Below, piece by piece: positions 1 through 10,785 of a DNA stretch of 64,000 bases (positions within the stretch are counted from its first letter, which is position 1; every line of letters begins with the position of its first letter). This DNA is from a virus. The notes under the pieces are model-generated. The model saw only the letters and a list, made by a program, of their open reading frames with translations, was not told where the DNA came from and did no database searches. The stretch spans positions 1-64,000 of IMG/VR virus record IMGVR_UViG_3300005098_000017; one strand, written 5' to 3'. A program made the translations under genes and the position numbers.

Positions 1-10
1 TGATACCTGC

Positions 11-601
11 ATGGTAACACCATTTGTATATCATTATATTAGAACAGACACAACAGAGACGCTTATTAATATTTGTACCAATGGTTCTAATGATGTGATT
101 GTCAATGTTTATGGAGACGCTGTTTATTATGAAGCCCGCGCCTATCCATTTTTTAATGTTTTAAGAGATCATGCTCTCTTTCCCATAACATCATCATGGA
201 TTGAGTGGGTTAGTAGGAAGTTGATGCATAAGGATTCAATAAATGTTAGTGATTTTTTAGAGATTTATTTTACATCAGAAGCTATGGGACGTCTTGTTTT
301 GCCAGAAGAATATAAGTATGCGTTAATTTATACTGATAGCATAAATTATGGTTATGGACCGCCACGCTGCCCTGTCGTAGATGAATGTTATATTGATTAT
401 GGTTATCTATTTAGATGGGGTAAAAATAGTTATTTAAGCGGCTGGCTTACATATTTTAATCCTTACAAAATGTCTGGTATAAAGGATACTACAATTAAAG
501 AAGGCGTGTATTGGTTTACGACAAGGAGAAAAACAGATGGCAGAAACTCATTTCACAAGGGTTACATTCATCCTACTATTCCTTGGTCTTTCTATCATTA
601 A
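11..601 (+). CDS. hypothetical protein (may extend 5' beyond the window)
   Basis: 196-aa ORF; frame open to the window edge; overlaps the next + gene. Confidence 0.6.
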   Translation: MVTPFVYHYIRTDTTETLINICTNGSNDVIVNVYGDAVYYEARAYPFFNVLRDHALFPITSSWIEWVSRKLMHKDSINVSDFLEIYFTSEAMGRLVLPEEYKYALIYTDSINYGYGPPRCPVVDECYIDYGYLFRWGKNSYLSGWLTYFNPYKMSGIKDTTIKEGVYWFTTRRKTDGRNSFHKGYIHPTIPWSFYH

Positions 602-1025
602 TGCTCAATGTGTTCAGCAGGTTAATGCTGTTTCCAGAAGCGACGGTTTCCCTGATATATTACTATATATCAATGGTCTTTATGACCGCTCATATGCAAT
701 AAAAGTCGAATATGTCATGTGTGATTCTATTGATACCCTTGTCTACCGTGGTAGCGAGGCTTGTTTATTAATTGGTAGTGAGCACATACTTGTTTTTAAC
801 GATATTAACATCGCACATATAAGAGTCCCTGTTTTGCCTGGACATGACTATGATCTATATATATCTGCATTAGGTATAACAACATCGGGAAGTGATACAA
901 CAATAAGATATCACTTTTATTATAAAATAGAAAATGTGGAGGAATGGATATGCAAAGAATTATTAATAGATACGGTAGTTGTCGATACATTAGATACATT
1001 ACCGTCATTACCATCATCGCATTAG
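537..1025 (+). CDS. exported hypothetical protein
   Basis: Signal-peptide-like N-terminus TRVTFILLFLGLSIINA|Q. Confidence 0.65.
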   Translation: MAETHFTRVTFILLFLGLSIINAQCVQQVNAVSRSDGFPDILLYINGLYDRSYAIKVEYVMCDSIDTLVYRGSEACLLIGSEHILVFNDINIAHIRVPVLPGHDYDLYISALGITTSGSDTTIRYHFYYKIENVEEWICKELLIDTVVVDTLDTLPSLPSSH

Positions 1026-3484
1026 TTGGCCTTTTATCAGCTGATCCCATTATATGTGGGACAGAGTCTAATAGTAAGTATGAAGATGTTGATAGCATGG
1101 ATCTGATCTACATTATTAAGGGGGATACAAATCATGCACAGATAGGACGATGTGAGGATTCATATTTTAAGGCTATTTATTCGAAGGCTTTTTATCTAGT
1201 AACTGATACAGGTTGTGTCCCTGTTCAGAGTGCTGGAGGCTCGCCTCTTGAGTGTGATAGTTGCAAACTTTTCTCTACCTTCTGGAATATGTTCATCCAT
1301 ACCAATGGTGAGACATTATATGCGGAGCAACCGCATTTCAGGGAAAGCGATGATGGAGACACATTTATCTTTTATGATGCCTATTCTCCATTATCGCCGG
1401 GGAATAGAATGCTATGGATAAACGTTGAGGACATCTCACCTGATACGATAAGGATTAGTACTGACCAGAATAATAAAATTCTTAGTATTGGTAAGTTTAA
1501 AGAATTATTATTGTGTGATTCATCTCTTGGAGCAACTAATTTAAGAGTTGATACAATTTTGTCATGTAATGATAATCTGGTAATAAGCCCGCCGGTTCTT
1601 TTTATGGATTCTACAACACTTGTAAATGGTGATATACACTGGAACGAATTGGATTCTATCGTCCAGTATCGTATTGATGAATCTCTTGATAGCATCGGTA
1701 TTAGATATTTATGGATGTCTGGTGGTGAGCAATGCACACTTGATCTGATGATCAAGAACACCCCTATATTGTTCCAGTTCCTAAACAGTTACATCAATGT
1801 TGTTGTAGGTGATAGCGAGATGACCCCTAAAGATTTTGCCGAAGATTTTTGTCCTATCGAATGTACCAGTGCTCATCATTATAATGCTTGCCTTGCAGAT
1901 ACCGATACATTGATAATCTTTAGAATTGACCCGGGGGCTGCTGGCACAACGGCTGTCGATCAGATTATTGTGCACTATGAAGCCGACACCCTCTTCTCGC
2001 ATGATACAACCGATGATACATTAATCCTTAATGATGGTACTACAGAGCATATTTATGTACCTGTACCAACAGCAGGTAATGTTGGTTATGATTTGGTTGT
2101 TGGTGATACATGTGACTGGGGCAATCCTATAGGATTGCATTCAGGTGGTGGCAGCACGGATACATTGATATTTAGAGTAGGGCGCGGGCTTCGTGTCTAT
2201 AACGATAGGTTAGAATTATATTTGGATACAGAGAACCCCGGCTTAGAATTTAATGCTACTGAGGATGCATGTACTCTCTATACATTAAGGGTGGCTAATA
2301 TTGATTCAACACACATAGCAGATAGTTCTATATCATGGGTTGATCTCAGCATCGCTGTAATGGAGAGCATAAGGGCAGGTAGATTGCGTGTATTGTGGGA
2401 CCCAACCAATCAGGCATCTAGTTGTACTGACAATTTGACTGATACGGTCTCTCATGTAAGGACAGTAAGATTGATACCTCCCATACAAGCTCAATCAATA
2501 GGTGATACTGGTATATGTATCTATTTGGATTCAGTTGCTATAGGTCAGGCATGTGGGTGTAATGCTATGGTACCTCTCTATAAGGAAGGAAGAGCTATAG
2601 GATTACATGCAGATACATCACTCTTCACTGTTAGTGGCGGTTATTTAACATTGAAGCATCCTTTCATCTCTAAAGTATTTTTCAATTACAAATCAACATC
2701 CTGTGTTGATACAGGTGATAGCAGTCCCAAGGGATCGAAGAAGTATGATTATTTGGTTATTAATGTTGAGGAACCATTAGTTGCAGTAGGCAGCACCCCT
2801 GTTGATACCCTTGATACAACAAAGATACAACTTTCACTAGCATATGATGAAGATCTATTTACCATTGACACAACGGCACCTGATACATGCCAGCTTACTA
2901 TAAGGGATAGGAGCATAACATGGAGATATATTGACACAAGTGTTGCTGATACCATATGTAATCGTTGTGGAGGCGGCGCTTCACTCTCTGGATGGGATAC
3001 AATACAGATGTTTCCTCAGTATAGCAATTGTATTGTTCTTAACAGTACATCGTCTGATGGTGTGTTAGATGTAATGATTGATCCTGATAACGACATGAAT
3101 ATGCCTGTTTATAGGTGGCGATCTAACTATAATAGCTCCTTCCAGACGATTATTTTACATGTAGTACAACCATTGATTGCAACAGACTCAACATTGGATA
3201 CGATTAAGATATTGTTCAGGTATAGGAGGCCGAGCGCTCATGCAGATATAAAACTTGACTATAGGCTATTGGATAGTACACGCAGTACAATAGCTAGTGG
3301 TTCTAATATTACAATTGTAGGATCTCCATCCCCTACAGGACCACCGGTAACATATACATACAAAATAACATGTGATGATATAAACATAACAAGATACATC
3401 CAACTTGACATAAAGATGAGGAGCAAATATGGTGCGCCGATTTATCTGGGTGACATTAGTATTATTTATAAGCGCCGCTATTAA
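944..3484 (+). CDS. exported fibre/spike-like protein
   Basis: Signal peptide ..ITIIALVGLLSA|D; beta-spiral-like segments (VGRGLRVYNDRLEL, NPGLEF, LFTVSGGYLTLK, LFTID..QLTI); Cys-rich; many D-S/T motifs. Confidence 0.6.
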   Translation: MDMQRIINRYGSCRYIRYITVITIIALVGLLSADPIICGTESNSKYEDVDSMDLIYIIKGDTNHAQIGRCEDSYFKAIYSKAFYLVTDTGCVPVQSAGGSPLECDSCKLFSTFWNMFIHTNGETLYAEQPHFRESDDGDTFIFYDAYSPLSPGNRMLWINVEDISPDTIRISTDQNNKILSIGKFKELLLCDSSLGATNLRVDTILSCNDNLVISPPVLFMDSTTLVNGDIHWNELDSIVQYRIDESLDSIGIRYLWMSGGEQCTLDLMIKNTPILFQFLNSYINVVVGDSEMTPKDFAEDFCPIECTSAHHYNACLADTDTLIIFRIDPGAAGTTAVDQIIVHYEADTLFSHDTTDDTLILNDGTTEHIYVPVPTAGNVGYDLVVGDTCDWGNPIGLHSGGGSTDTLIFRVGRGLRVYNDRLELYLDTENPGLEFNATEDACTLYTLRVANIDSTHIADSSISWVDLSIAVMESIRAGRLRVLWDPTNQASSCTDNLTDTVSHVRTVRLIPPIQAQSIGDTGICIYLDSVAIGQACGCNAMVPLYKEGRAIGLHADTSLFTVSGGYLTLKHPFISKVFFNYKSTSCVDTGDSSPKGSKKYDYLVINVEEPLVAVGSTPVDTLDTTKIQLSLAYDEDLFTIDTTAPDTCQLTIRDRSITWRYIDTSVADTICNRCGGGASLSGWDTIQMFPQYSNCIVLNSTSSDGVLDVMIDPDNDMNMPVYRWRSNYNSSFQTIILHVVQPLIATDSTLDTIKILFRYRRPSAHADIKLDYRLLDSTRSTIASGSNITIVGSPSPTGPPVTYTYKITCDDINITRYIQLDIKMRSKYGAPIYLGDISIIYKRRY

Positions 3485-6400
3485 TGCTTATCCTGTTACA
3501 GCAGTTAATAGTCTTCCTGATAGCTTTACTACATCTTTAAGGATTATTGATATCGAAGGCCGGCCTATTAAGGTTTCCTCTGTTGATACGATTGTTATTG
3601 AGACATTTTATGATACTATTAACACGCATGACACAATTTTATTTCTTACATCATATACGAGCATTTTCCAGTTTGTTGAGTGGATCAAATATTATAGTGG
3701 AAATTATTATGTGAGGTTGAAGCCCGGCTTCGGTAGTAAAGGGACAAGTACTGATTCAATAAGAGGGCCGTGGCCTCCAGTTATGCATGAGATTTATCAG
3801 GGGGATACATTATACTTGTATACCCGTATTTACTTACATATAAGGTGGGCACCATTTGAACATGCGTGGAATGATCAATTAAGTTACATACGACTATTAT
3901 ACATATGGAATTCAACAGCAAGCAAGTATGTCCTCCACAAGATATCTACAGTGCAATTCGATCCAATTACCATTGGAAGGACAAATAGACATGAACTTTA
4001 TAAAGAGGGATTGTTTTGGGGGCTTAACCTACGCAAGATTTACTTTCATTGTGATACATCAACGACTGATACAATATGCTACTTGCATTACCCCATTGAT
4101 CTAGAACTTATCCATAAGCGATTACCAACATATGATCGTTATTTCATCTTAAATAGTCTTAATATGTGTCGCTTTGTTGCTGATAGTGATAGCTCAGCAT
4201 CAAAAGCATCTCCCATAAAACACATAATAAACGCGGGCTTCATTGACGACATAGCATCAATTATCTCGCCAGATACATCATTAGATGGTATAGGTTATAT
4301 TAGCGATATTAGTACACATCAAGATACATATGTAATTGTTATAAATGGTATAACAAAGAGGAAATATCGTTTCTCTGGCATAACAGAAAGTGATTCACTT
4401 GATCCTATTGATTCTGTTGTTGTTTGCAAAGGTTATGGTGTTTCTGATAGCGTATTATATTTCCGTGCTCATAATGATACAGCTGTTGTTGTTCTTAAGG
4501 CGCTGGCTTCTGATTCTTTTTATATTGCACTTTGTGCAATTGTCAAGGTTGACACAACCATTGATAGCTCAAGGCATTTGACTTATATTGATTACTTACC
4601 AGTCGGGATTTTTAAGATCCCACGTCGAACAAGTGGCGGCGGTTTAATAACAAGATTCATATCATGTGATCACTCGGACTTTCATATCATGCAGCCCGGA
4701 TTAATGCCGATCATTTATGATACTCTGTCAGAGATGCCCGATACAATAGGCGCGCCTCTCTTCAGATGGGTTGCTCTTACAAAAGGGATTATAACACATA
4801 ATGATTCAACTAAGCTAGTAGCCATTGCCATAATTAAGGACACAGTGCTTGTGTGGGATGTAACGAATGATACAACCATTATGTTTGGTTTACCTATCAG
4901 TGTGGATACGACATACTATTATACTGAAATAGCATCCCAACCATATGATACATCCCTAATCGTATTCCTCCTTGATAATGATGATGAATTATTGTATATC
5001 CTTACCATCGACTATGATCTTTCATGGGATACTACAAGCATTCATTTACCATACTTAGGTCAAAGGAAATTTGTTTTTGCAACAACCTGTATTGATACAG
5101 GACCTTATTATGAGTATCCTATAGGGTGTAACTGTGATACATCTGATACAGTATGCGATTCACTAAAATGGGATTACGAACTTATAGAACCTATAACAAA
5201 ATATTCCTATCATACCGTTTACCCGCTCGTATATGATAAAAAAGGCAAGTATTATACATTACTTAACTTAAATGATTCAATCGATGTCAGATCTGATTCT
5301 GTGATATATTTCTGGTCCATGACAATAAGGGATCTCATAGAAGATGCCTTTGATAGCCTTCAATGGATCGATGTTAAACCAACATTAGCCGGTAGATCTA
5401 ATTTGCTCCATCAGCCTTTCATTTATTACAAACTTCCTGGTTCATGGCATTGGGATATAAGAGGTGGCACATATGGACCTGCCGTCGGTTGGAATAATAG
5501 TTCTGTTTATCATGAATTAAACTGTCGCTATGCGTACCTCTTATCACCGATACGTAACAACTTATCAGATGGGCGGCTTCGATATTGTTTGAAGGCATAC
5601 CGTAATTATCCTTTGCGTTTGGGATTTGTTTATACAGATCCCAGTGGTATTTCAAATCCATCAGGGGTATATCCATGTGTTTATAGAATAAGTTTAAAGG
5701 GGAAATATTTCTCTAGTACTCGTATGTCAAGTTCATGGTATTGGGCACACAGAACCTATCCGCGTTATTCATATGACTTCCAGATAGAGGTAGACCCCGG
5801 TACAGTGCCTGAAATGATTATAGGTACATGGACATATACATTTACAGAAAATACTACATATGTTGAGACATATACTGACACGATTTTTGTACGAAATCAG
5901 ATTAACCATACAGGTACTAGATATTACATAGAAGGATTTGATTTTGCTAATATTGATAGTCTATTTCTTGTTAATTGGTGGGAGCATGGCTATCCATGGT
6001 ATTCAACACTCCAATTTGACTTTTATTTTATTGATTATACACCGCCGCGAAGTGGTGCTAGCATTACTGTTCTTGGGTATCTTGATAAACACCAAGCCGA
6101 CACATTATTTAAAAATGATAGCATCTGTGGTAGATGCATCGATACACTAAATCCTTACTATATCAATGTAGTGCATAGAACAGCTAGTGGATTAATATCA
6201 TTGACTAACGGGTTTATAGGCTTGATTATGGACAGAGAATTTGATTTCCGCAATGATGGATGGTTACAGGGGATACCTACATATTATTGGGATAAAAATG
6301 CTGAAACATGGCATCCAACTGGCGTTGATAGCCATATTATTGATCTTCACATTTATTATGGAAGGCCGGGCTTCATCGATGCAACACCTAACTGTGTAGT

Positions 6401-6512
6401 TACCTACAATGGTTATCGATACCGCTCTCGCCATATTATTAATCCTAATGAATATGGGACGTGGGGGTTAAGAAGGCGGCGCTTCTGGAATGGTATTAAG
6501 CTCCCGCCGTGA
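3429..6512 (+). CDS. large exported beta-rich protein
   Basis: 1027 aa; signal peptide MVRRFIWVTLVLFISAAINA|Y; Tyr/Asp/Thr-rich. Confidence 0.65.
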   Translation: MVRRFIWVTLVLFISAAINAYPVTAVNSLPDSFTTSLRIIDIEGRPIKVSSVDTIVIETFYDTINTHDTILFLTSYTSIFQFVEWIKYYSGNYYVRLKPGFGSKGTSTDSIRGPWPPVMHEIYQGDTLYLYTRIYLHIRWAPFEHAWNDQLSYIRLLYIWNSTASKYVLHKISTVQFDPITIGRTNRHELYKEGLFWGLNLRKIYFHCDTSTTDTICYLHYPIDLELIHKRLPTYDRYFILNSLNMCRFVADSDSSASKASPIKHIINAGFIDDIASIISPDTSLDGIGYISDISTHQDTYVIVINGITKRKYRFSGITESDSLDPIDSVVVCKGYGVSDSVLYFRAHNDTAVVVLKALASDSFYIALCAIVKVDTTIDSSRHLTYIDYLPVGIFKIPRRTSGGGLITRFISCDHSDFHIMQPGLMPIIYDTLSEMPDTIGAPLFRWVALTKGIITHNDSTKLVAIAIIKDTVLVWDVTNDTTIMFGLPISVDTTYYYTEIASQPYDTSLIVFLLDNDDELLYILTIDYDLSWDTTSIHLPYLGQRKFVFATTCIDTGPYYEYPIGCNCDTSDTVCDSLKWDYELIEPITKYSYHTVYPLVYDKKGKYYTLLNLNDSIDVRSDSVIYFWSMTIRDLIEDAFDSLQWIDVKPTLAGRSNLLHQPFIYYKLPGSWHWDIRGGTYGPAVGWNNSSVYHELNCRYAYLLSPIRNNLSDGRLRYCLKAYRNYPLRLGFVYTDPSGISNPSGVYPCVYRISLKGKYFSSTRMSSSWYWAHRTYPRYSYDFQIEVDPGTVPEMIIGTWTYTFTENTTYVETYTDTIFVRNQINHTGTRYYIEGFDFANIDSLFLVNWWEHGYPWYSTLQFDFYFIDYTPPRSGASITVLGYLDKHQADTLFKNDSICGRCIDTLNPYYINVVHRTASGLISLTNGFIGLIMDREFDFRNDGWLQGIPTYYWDKNAETWHPTGVDSHIIDLHIYYGRPGFIDATPNCVVTYNGYRYRSRHIINPNEYGTWGLRRRRFWNGIKLPP

Positions 6513-7374
6513 TGAACTTGGCAAGCGATTTATTATTAACGATGCTATCGAATGTAGCCTCGCCAGCAATGCGTCTTAATAAAGCATTTATCTTTACTAA
6601 CATCTTACGAGGGGTTTTATCGTAGCCAAGAAGCCGCGCGGCTTCCATGCTTACAAACATATTATCCACCAAATCATAAGCAATCTTTATCCCTTCTGTA
6701 GGTCGATCCTGTGTGTAAACATTGATAATATCAATATGTAATGAAGCCACGCTCGAAACCTTTTCGACCTTATATAGCGATTTAATCATCGTCTTTCTAA
6801 AATCCCCTCCGGGGCTGTCCTTCTTAACCTTCTTCGCCAGTTTCCTGCTCCAAGCGATATTAGAAACAAAGACAAATGGGATGCGACTGCTCAACCACCT
6901 GTAAAGACCCATCATGAATCTAGAGAAGCCCGCCCTATCGAATGCCTGTGGTGGCATATTAAATTCGTTTTCCGATATCAAAGCCGCTGCATTCAGAATA
7001 AAAACACCAACAAGTGCATCATAACCCGCAACAGCATCATAGATTTCCTTTTCGATGCTTTGTTTAAATGAATTCTGAAGAATTGTTATATTCCTCTTAA
7101 TCCTATCGGGTAAGGATTGTAATAACTTACTGTCAGATGTATGTCTTATAGGATCGATTATTAAAACAGGGAAGGATGATGCCAATGTTGTTGCATAATG
7201 GAGTATAAGATCTTCACAATGTGAATTAGGATACATTAGAAATTCATGGATGCCTATGGAAGGAAGAAAGATCCGATCAAGCTCTATTATGCCTGATGCA
7301 ATGAAAGGATTGTCGTTATTATATATCCTTTCCTCTTCTATGAGCTTTCTCACATCAAAATAATCAAGCTTCAT
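6496..7374 (-). CDS. RecA/RadA-fold protein with degenerate Walker A
   Basis: IASGIIELDRIF..IHEF matches the RecA N-terminal pattern; YPNSHCE occupies the GxxxxGKT position; VLIID strand follows. Confidence 0.55.
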   Translation of the reverse strand: MKLDYFDVRKLIEEERIYNNDNPFIASGIIELDRIFLPSIGIHEFLMYPNSHCEDLILHYATTLASSFPVLIIDPIRHTSDSKLLQSLPDRIKRNITILQNSFKQSIEKEIYDAVAGYDALVGVFILNAAALISENEFNMPPQAFDRAGFSRFMMGLYRWLSSRIPFVFVSNIAWSRKLAKKVKKDSPGGDFRKTMIKSLYKVEKVSSVASLHIDIINVYTQDRPTEGIKIAYDLVDNMFVSMEAARLLGYDKTPRKMLVKINALLRRIAGEATFDSIVNNKSLAKFITAGA

Positions 7375-9635
7375 ACTAATGCTCCCTCCTTTATATTGAA
7401 TCCAAACTTCTCCAGTAATTTAGATAATTTATCGGAATAATACTCATATGCAAGATCAATTTTATCCTTCCAATTCGGATCGTACTCTCTATCGACAAGA
7501 TGGTAATGTCTATTTTTATTTACGACATATTCAACCTTCGTGCCGTGTGTTATCTCACTTATCCCATGTCGTTCCATAAGCTGGCGGGCGAGGCGGGCTT
7601 CAACACTATTCTTATTCTTGTACTCATCAGGATGACTCTTTGATATCGATGTAGACATAATAAATTTTTCCACAGGAAACTTTGTAAGATCAAGATACTT
7701 ATGCAATAATGATTGATCCTCACCATAGAATATGACGCGAACAATATCCCATAAACACTCCTTATAGATAGGTGGCTGCTTCGGTGATGCTAAAGCCGAT
7801 CCCTTAAAGATAATGGTATCACCGTCCTTGAGAACATAACTCTTCATAGCTATTGAATACATGGCATCATATTCCTCTTGCTCCATGAATGTTGTGATGT
7901 TTTCTTTATCAATGCCATACTTCTCATGTATATAAGCCGCTACGGCTTCATTTATCTCATTTACATCAACATAATCCGATATATAAACACCATCAGTATC
8001 ATATTCTATGACACTATCTCCAAGCTTATTAATAACGAAACTTATAACATCACGGCAGAAGCCAACTACTGCAATAGCAATGGAAAGATCACCTACCTTG
8101 GAATTTTTGTTTCCATGTATCCCATAGATTGAGTTCATAACAACCTTACGCGCAACCTGAGCTGCTTGTGTCGCTTTATACTCAGGACTATCCTTTTTTA
8201 ACTTTGATAACTTTTTCTTAAGCGTTTTCCTATCGTTGTACATCTCCTTAAGGACAAGACGGTAAATGCTATCAGATGATTGATCTATCTCAACAACAAT
8301 CGTTTTATCAAGATTATCGTCAGGTACCTCTATGATTAAGGATGTATCCTTCCAGTACGCATTAATATTATCTTGGTAATCCTTAACCTCAATAATCTTT
8401 GTTGTATCAGGACCAGCATTTAGTGTTATGAGTGAGTTAGGATAGAAGGAGCTGAAATCGATTTTGTATACAGGTTTGAAGTAACCTTTCTTCTTGACAC
8501 CGATAAGCGCGCCTTGATATTTATTCCATATCTTCTTTGTATTAAATGATGCTATGCGTCCATCCAATCCATATTTCTGTGCATTGGAAAGAAGCCCGAT
8601 AACCTTTTTCTTAAATAAGCCGCGCAGCGTTACGATACGTGGTATAAAGGCAGGATATGAATTCATAATAGCATCAAGAGGTACCTGCATGTATTCAGCT
8701 AGTGCAATAATGTTATCAATGTAACGCATAGCAAGTTGATATGTTAAAATAATGTCATTCTGATGGTATCTTTCTAATTCCTTCGTGCCCACCCATTCAC
8801 TCATGTTCATATGTGGAAGGCGGATGGCTTCATATCCAAAATATTCACCTACCGTCTCCAGCTTTTTATTCTGTAATTTTCCCAGTAGTGATTGATCTTT
8901 GTCAACTGATTCCCATACATCATAATGGAGGAAGCCGCGCGGCTTAATCTCTATTGACGATCCTTCCTGTGTTGCAAGGAATAGACGCTCGAATTCATCT
9001 ATAAGGTCCAATCTTACACATCTTTCATAAATGTAACGCAGATCGAAGTGCTTGGAATAATAACCTGCTAAAACAGTAGGTTTCACCTCTGCAATAGTCC
9101 TAAGAAACCACAGTAATAGTTCCCTTTCCTCCTGTTCTGTGCCTGATGTATATCTTGCTAATAGCCGTTCTCCATCGTAGATACCCAATGCAATAATAGG
9201 GTCTGTATCGTAATTGGCAAATTCGCCTGCATGGCTAAGAACCTCGATATCGAATGATGCTACCCGTACGGTTGATTTACAGTTGAAAAGATGTGGTGCA
9301 AACACATAGAGTGCTTCGTTTGCAGCGAGGTGGAAGTATGGAAGCCGCCCGTTTTTTAAGCGATGCACCTTGCGTCGGAGGTAATTGCGGTCAATTTTGT
9401 TAATGGGAAAACCACATACATCTTCATCAACTCTTCTCGATGCAAAGACACAAATTGAAGCCGGCTCCAATGTTCCAATAACCCTGAAGCGTGTAAGCTC
9501 ATAACGCTGCGAGAATGATGGAACAAAAAGTAGCTCCCCTACCGGTAGTTTAATGTACTTACCATCCTTATAATCTGTGAGAAGGAAGCCTCGCCCTTTT
9601 GCGAAGTATAGCTTAAGTGGTACCGCTATTTGCAT
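7371..9635 (-). CDS. polB: family B DNA polymerase
   Basis: ExoI SFDIE, ExoII YSKHFD, ExoIII YHQND; Pol motifs DFSSFYP, KVVMNSIYG, YDTDG. Confidence 0.97.
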   Translation of the reverse strand: MQIAVPLKLYFAKGRGFLLTDYKDGKYIKLPVGELLFVPSFSQRYELTRFRVIGTLEPASICVFASRRVDEDVCGFPINKIDRNYLRRKVHRLKNGRLPYFHLAANEALYVFAPHLFNCKSTVRVASFDIEVLSHAGEFANYDTDPIIALGIYDGERLLARYTSGTEQEERELLLWFLRTIAEVKPTVLAGYYSKHFDLRYIYERCVRLDLIDEFERLFLATQEGSSIEIKPRGFLHYDVWESVDKDQSLLGKLQNKKLETVGEYFGYEAIRLPHMNMSEWVGTKELERYHQNDIILTYQLAMRYIDNIIALAEYMQVPLDAIMNSYPAFIPRIVTLRGLFKKKVIGLLSNAQKYGLDGRIASFNTKKIWNKYQGALIGVKKKGYFKPVYKIDFSSFYPNSLITLNAGPDTTKIIEVKDYQDNINAYWKDTSLIIEVPDDNLDKTIVVEIDQSSDSIYRLVLKEMYNDRKTLKKKLSKLKKDSPEYKATQAAQVARKVVMNSIYGIHGNKNSKVGDLSIAIAVVGFCRDVISFVINKLGDSVIEYDTDGVYISDYVDVNEINEAVAAYIHEKYGIDKENITTFMEQEEYDAMYSIAMKSYVLKDGDTIIFKGSALASPKQPPIYKECLWDIVRVIFYGEDQSLLHKYLDLTKFPVEKFIMSTSISKSHPDEYKNKNSVEARLARQLMERHGISEITHGTKVEYVVNKNRHYHLVDREYDPNWKDKIDLAYEYYSDKLSKLLEKFGFNIKEGALV

Positions 9636-9709
9636 ATCAACGCCTCCTTTTCAACTCCTTTACCACAGCGGGCAGAGGGGCACCTGTGCGGTGCAAAGAG
9701 GATTACTCA

Positions 9710-10363
9710 TTACATAATACCAAATGATAGTTCTCTTAAATACTCAATCCCCGTTGCTAGATTATCAAATCTTACATCAATCATTTCATCGATGAATGGA
9801 TGCATATGCTTATCATCTGTTATAACAGCCACTATATGCTTTCGTTGATTGTATGCCCATGCAAGCTCACATATGCATCCTATTGATATATCACTTGTGA
9901 AACCATCTTCGATGATAGCGAATAATATATCCGATTGTGAGATCATCCAGAAGTCGCGCCTCATATGATACTTCATTGAAAGAGCTACCTTGTCAGATCT
10001 TAATCTGATATAAGTATGATTATCTTTACCAACGGGTTGACCCGGAATAGCTGCCTCCTTTAACAGAATAGGTAGGAAAACTTTTAAGCCCGCCGATCTT
10101 AATTCATCAGCTATTGACGATAACCTGTGTTTCACTACATCCCAAGGAAGCCCTGTTATTGGATGCGAAATATAAACAGATAGCTGACGAGTTGCAAATG
10201 TTGGACTTGTATTAACAGTTGCGGGCAATGAGTCATTAATGCCATATGTTGAACCCGTGTTATCCATGTGTTTCCAACATTCCTCTTTACATGGCATCTC
10301 GTAAGGGTAATTAGGGATTATCTGAGGCCAACCGTCTTTTTCAGGATGTTTGCACATTCTCAC
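9710..10363 (-). CDS. nucleoside 2-deoxyribosyltransferase-family protein
   Basis: VYISHP, RDFWMISQSDIL, SIGCICELAWAY. Confidence 0.8.
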   Translation of the reverse strand: MRMCKHPEKDGWPQIIPNYPYEMPCKEECWKHMDNTGSTYGINDSLPATVNTSPTFATRQLSVYISHPITGLPWDVVKHRLSSIADELRSAGLKVFLPILLKEAAIPGQPVGKDNHTYIRLRSDKVALSMKYHMRRDFWMISQSDILFAIIEDGFTSDISIGCICELAWAYNQRKHIVAVITDDKHMHPFIDEMIDVRFDNLATGIEYLRELSFGIM

Positions 10364-10730
10364 CTCCTTTTGGTATTTCCAATCTCTCTAATATATAATG
10401 ATGTACATAATACTTGTCAAGGATATTTTTTATATTTATAGATACAGAATTTTTGTTAGATTTATTAAGCGCCCGCTTCAATATAAAAATATACATGTCC
10501 TCGTTAAAAAATATAATCAACAATGGAATTAAGCCCCGCACAACGGCATTATTCCATAGTTTGTCAAGGAGAGACTTCGTTACCCGAAAGCGCGGCTTCC
10601 CCGTACTCTTGACCTCGATAGCATACTCATCACTAATAACATCCACATCACCATGCGTAGAACCACTAGCTTTTGTAAATCTTCCTTTACATAAGGACCT
10701 AACTATTTCCTCGGCTTTTTTCCAGTTCAT
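10341..10730 (-). CDS. Hjc-like PD-(D/E)xK Holliday junction resolvase
   Basis: E..SGS..GDVDV..IEVKST. Confidence 0.8.
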   Translation of the reverse strand: MNWKKAEEIVRSLCKGRFTKASGSTHGDVDVISDEYAIEVKSTGKPRFRVTKSLLDKLWNNAVVRGLIPLLIIFFNEDMYIFILKRALNKSNKNSVSINIKNILDKYYVHHYILERLEIPKGGENVQTS

Positions 10731-10785
10731 GATTATACGATTATGATATACTCACCCCTAATATTATTAAAAAAATAAATTTAAC

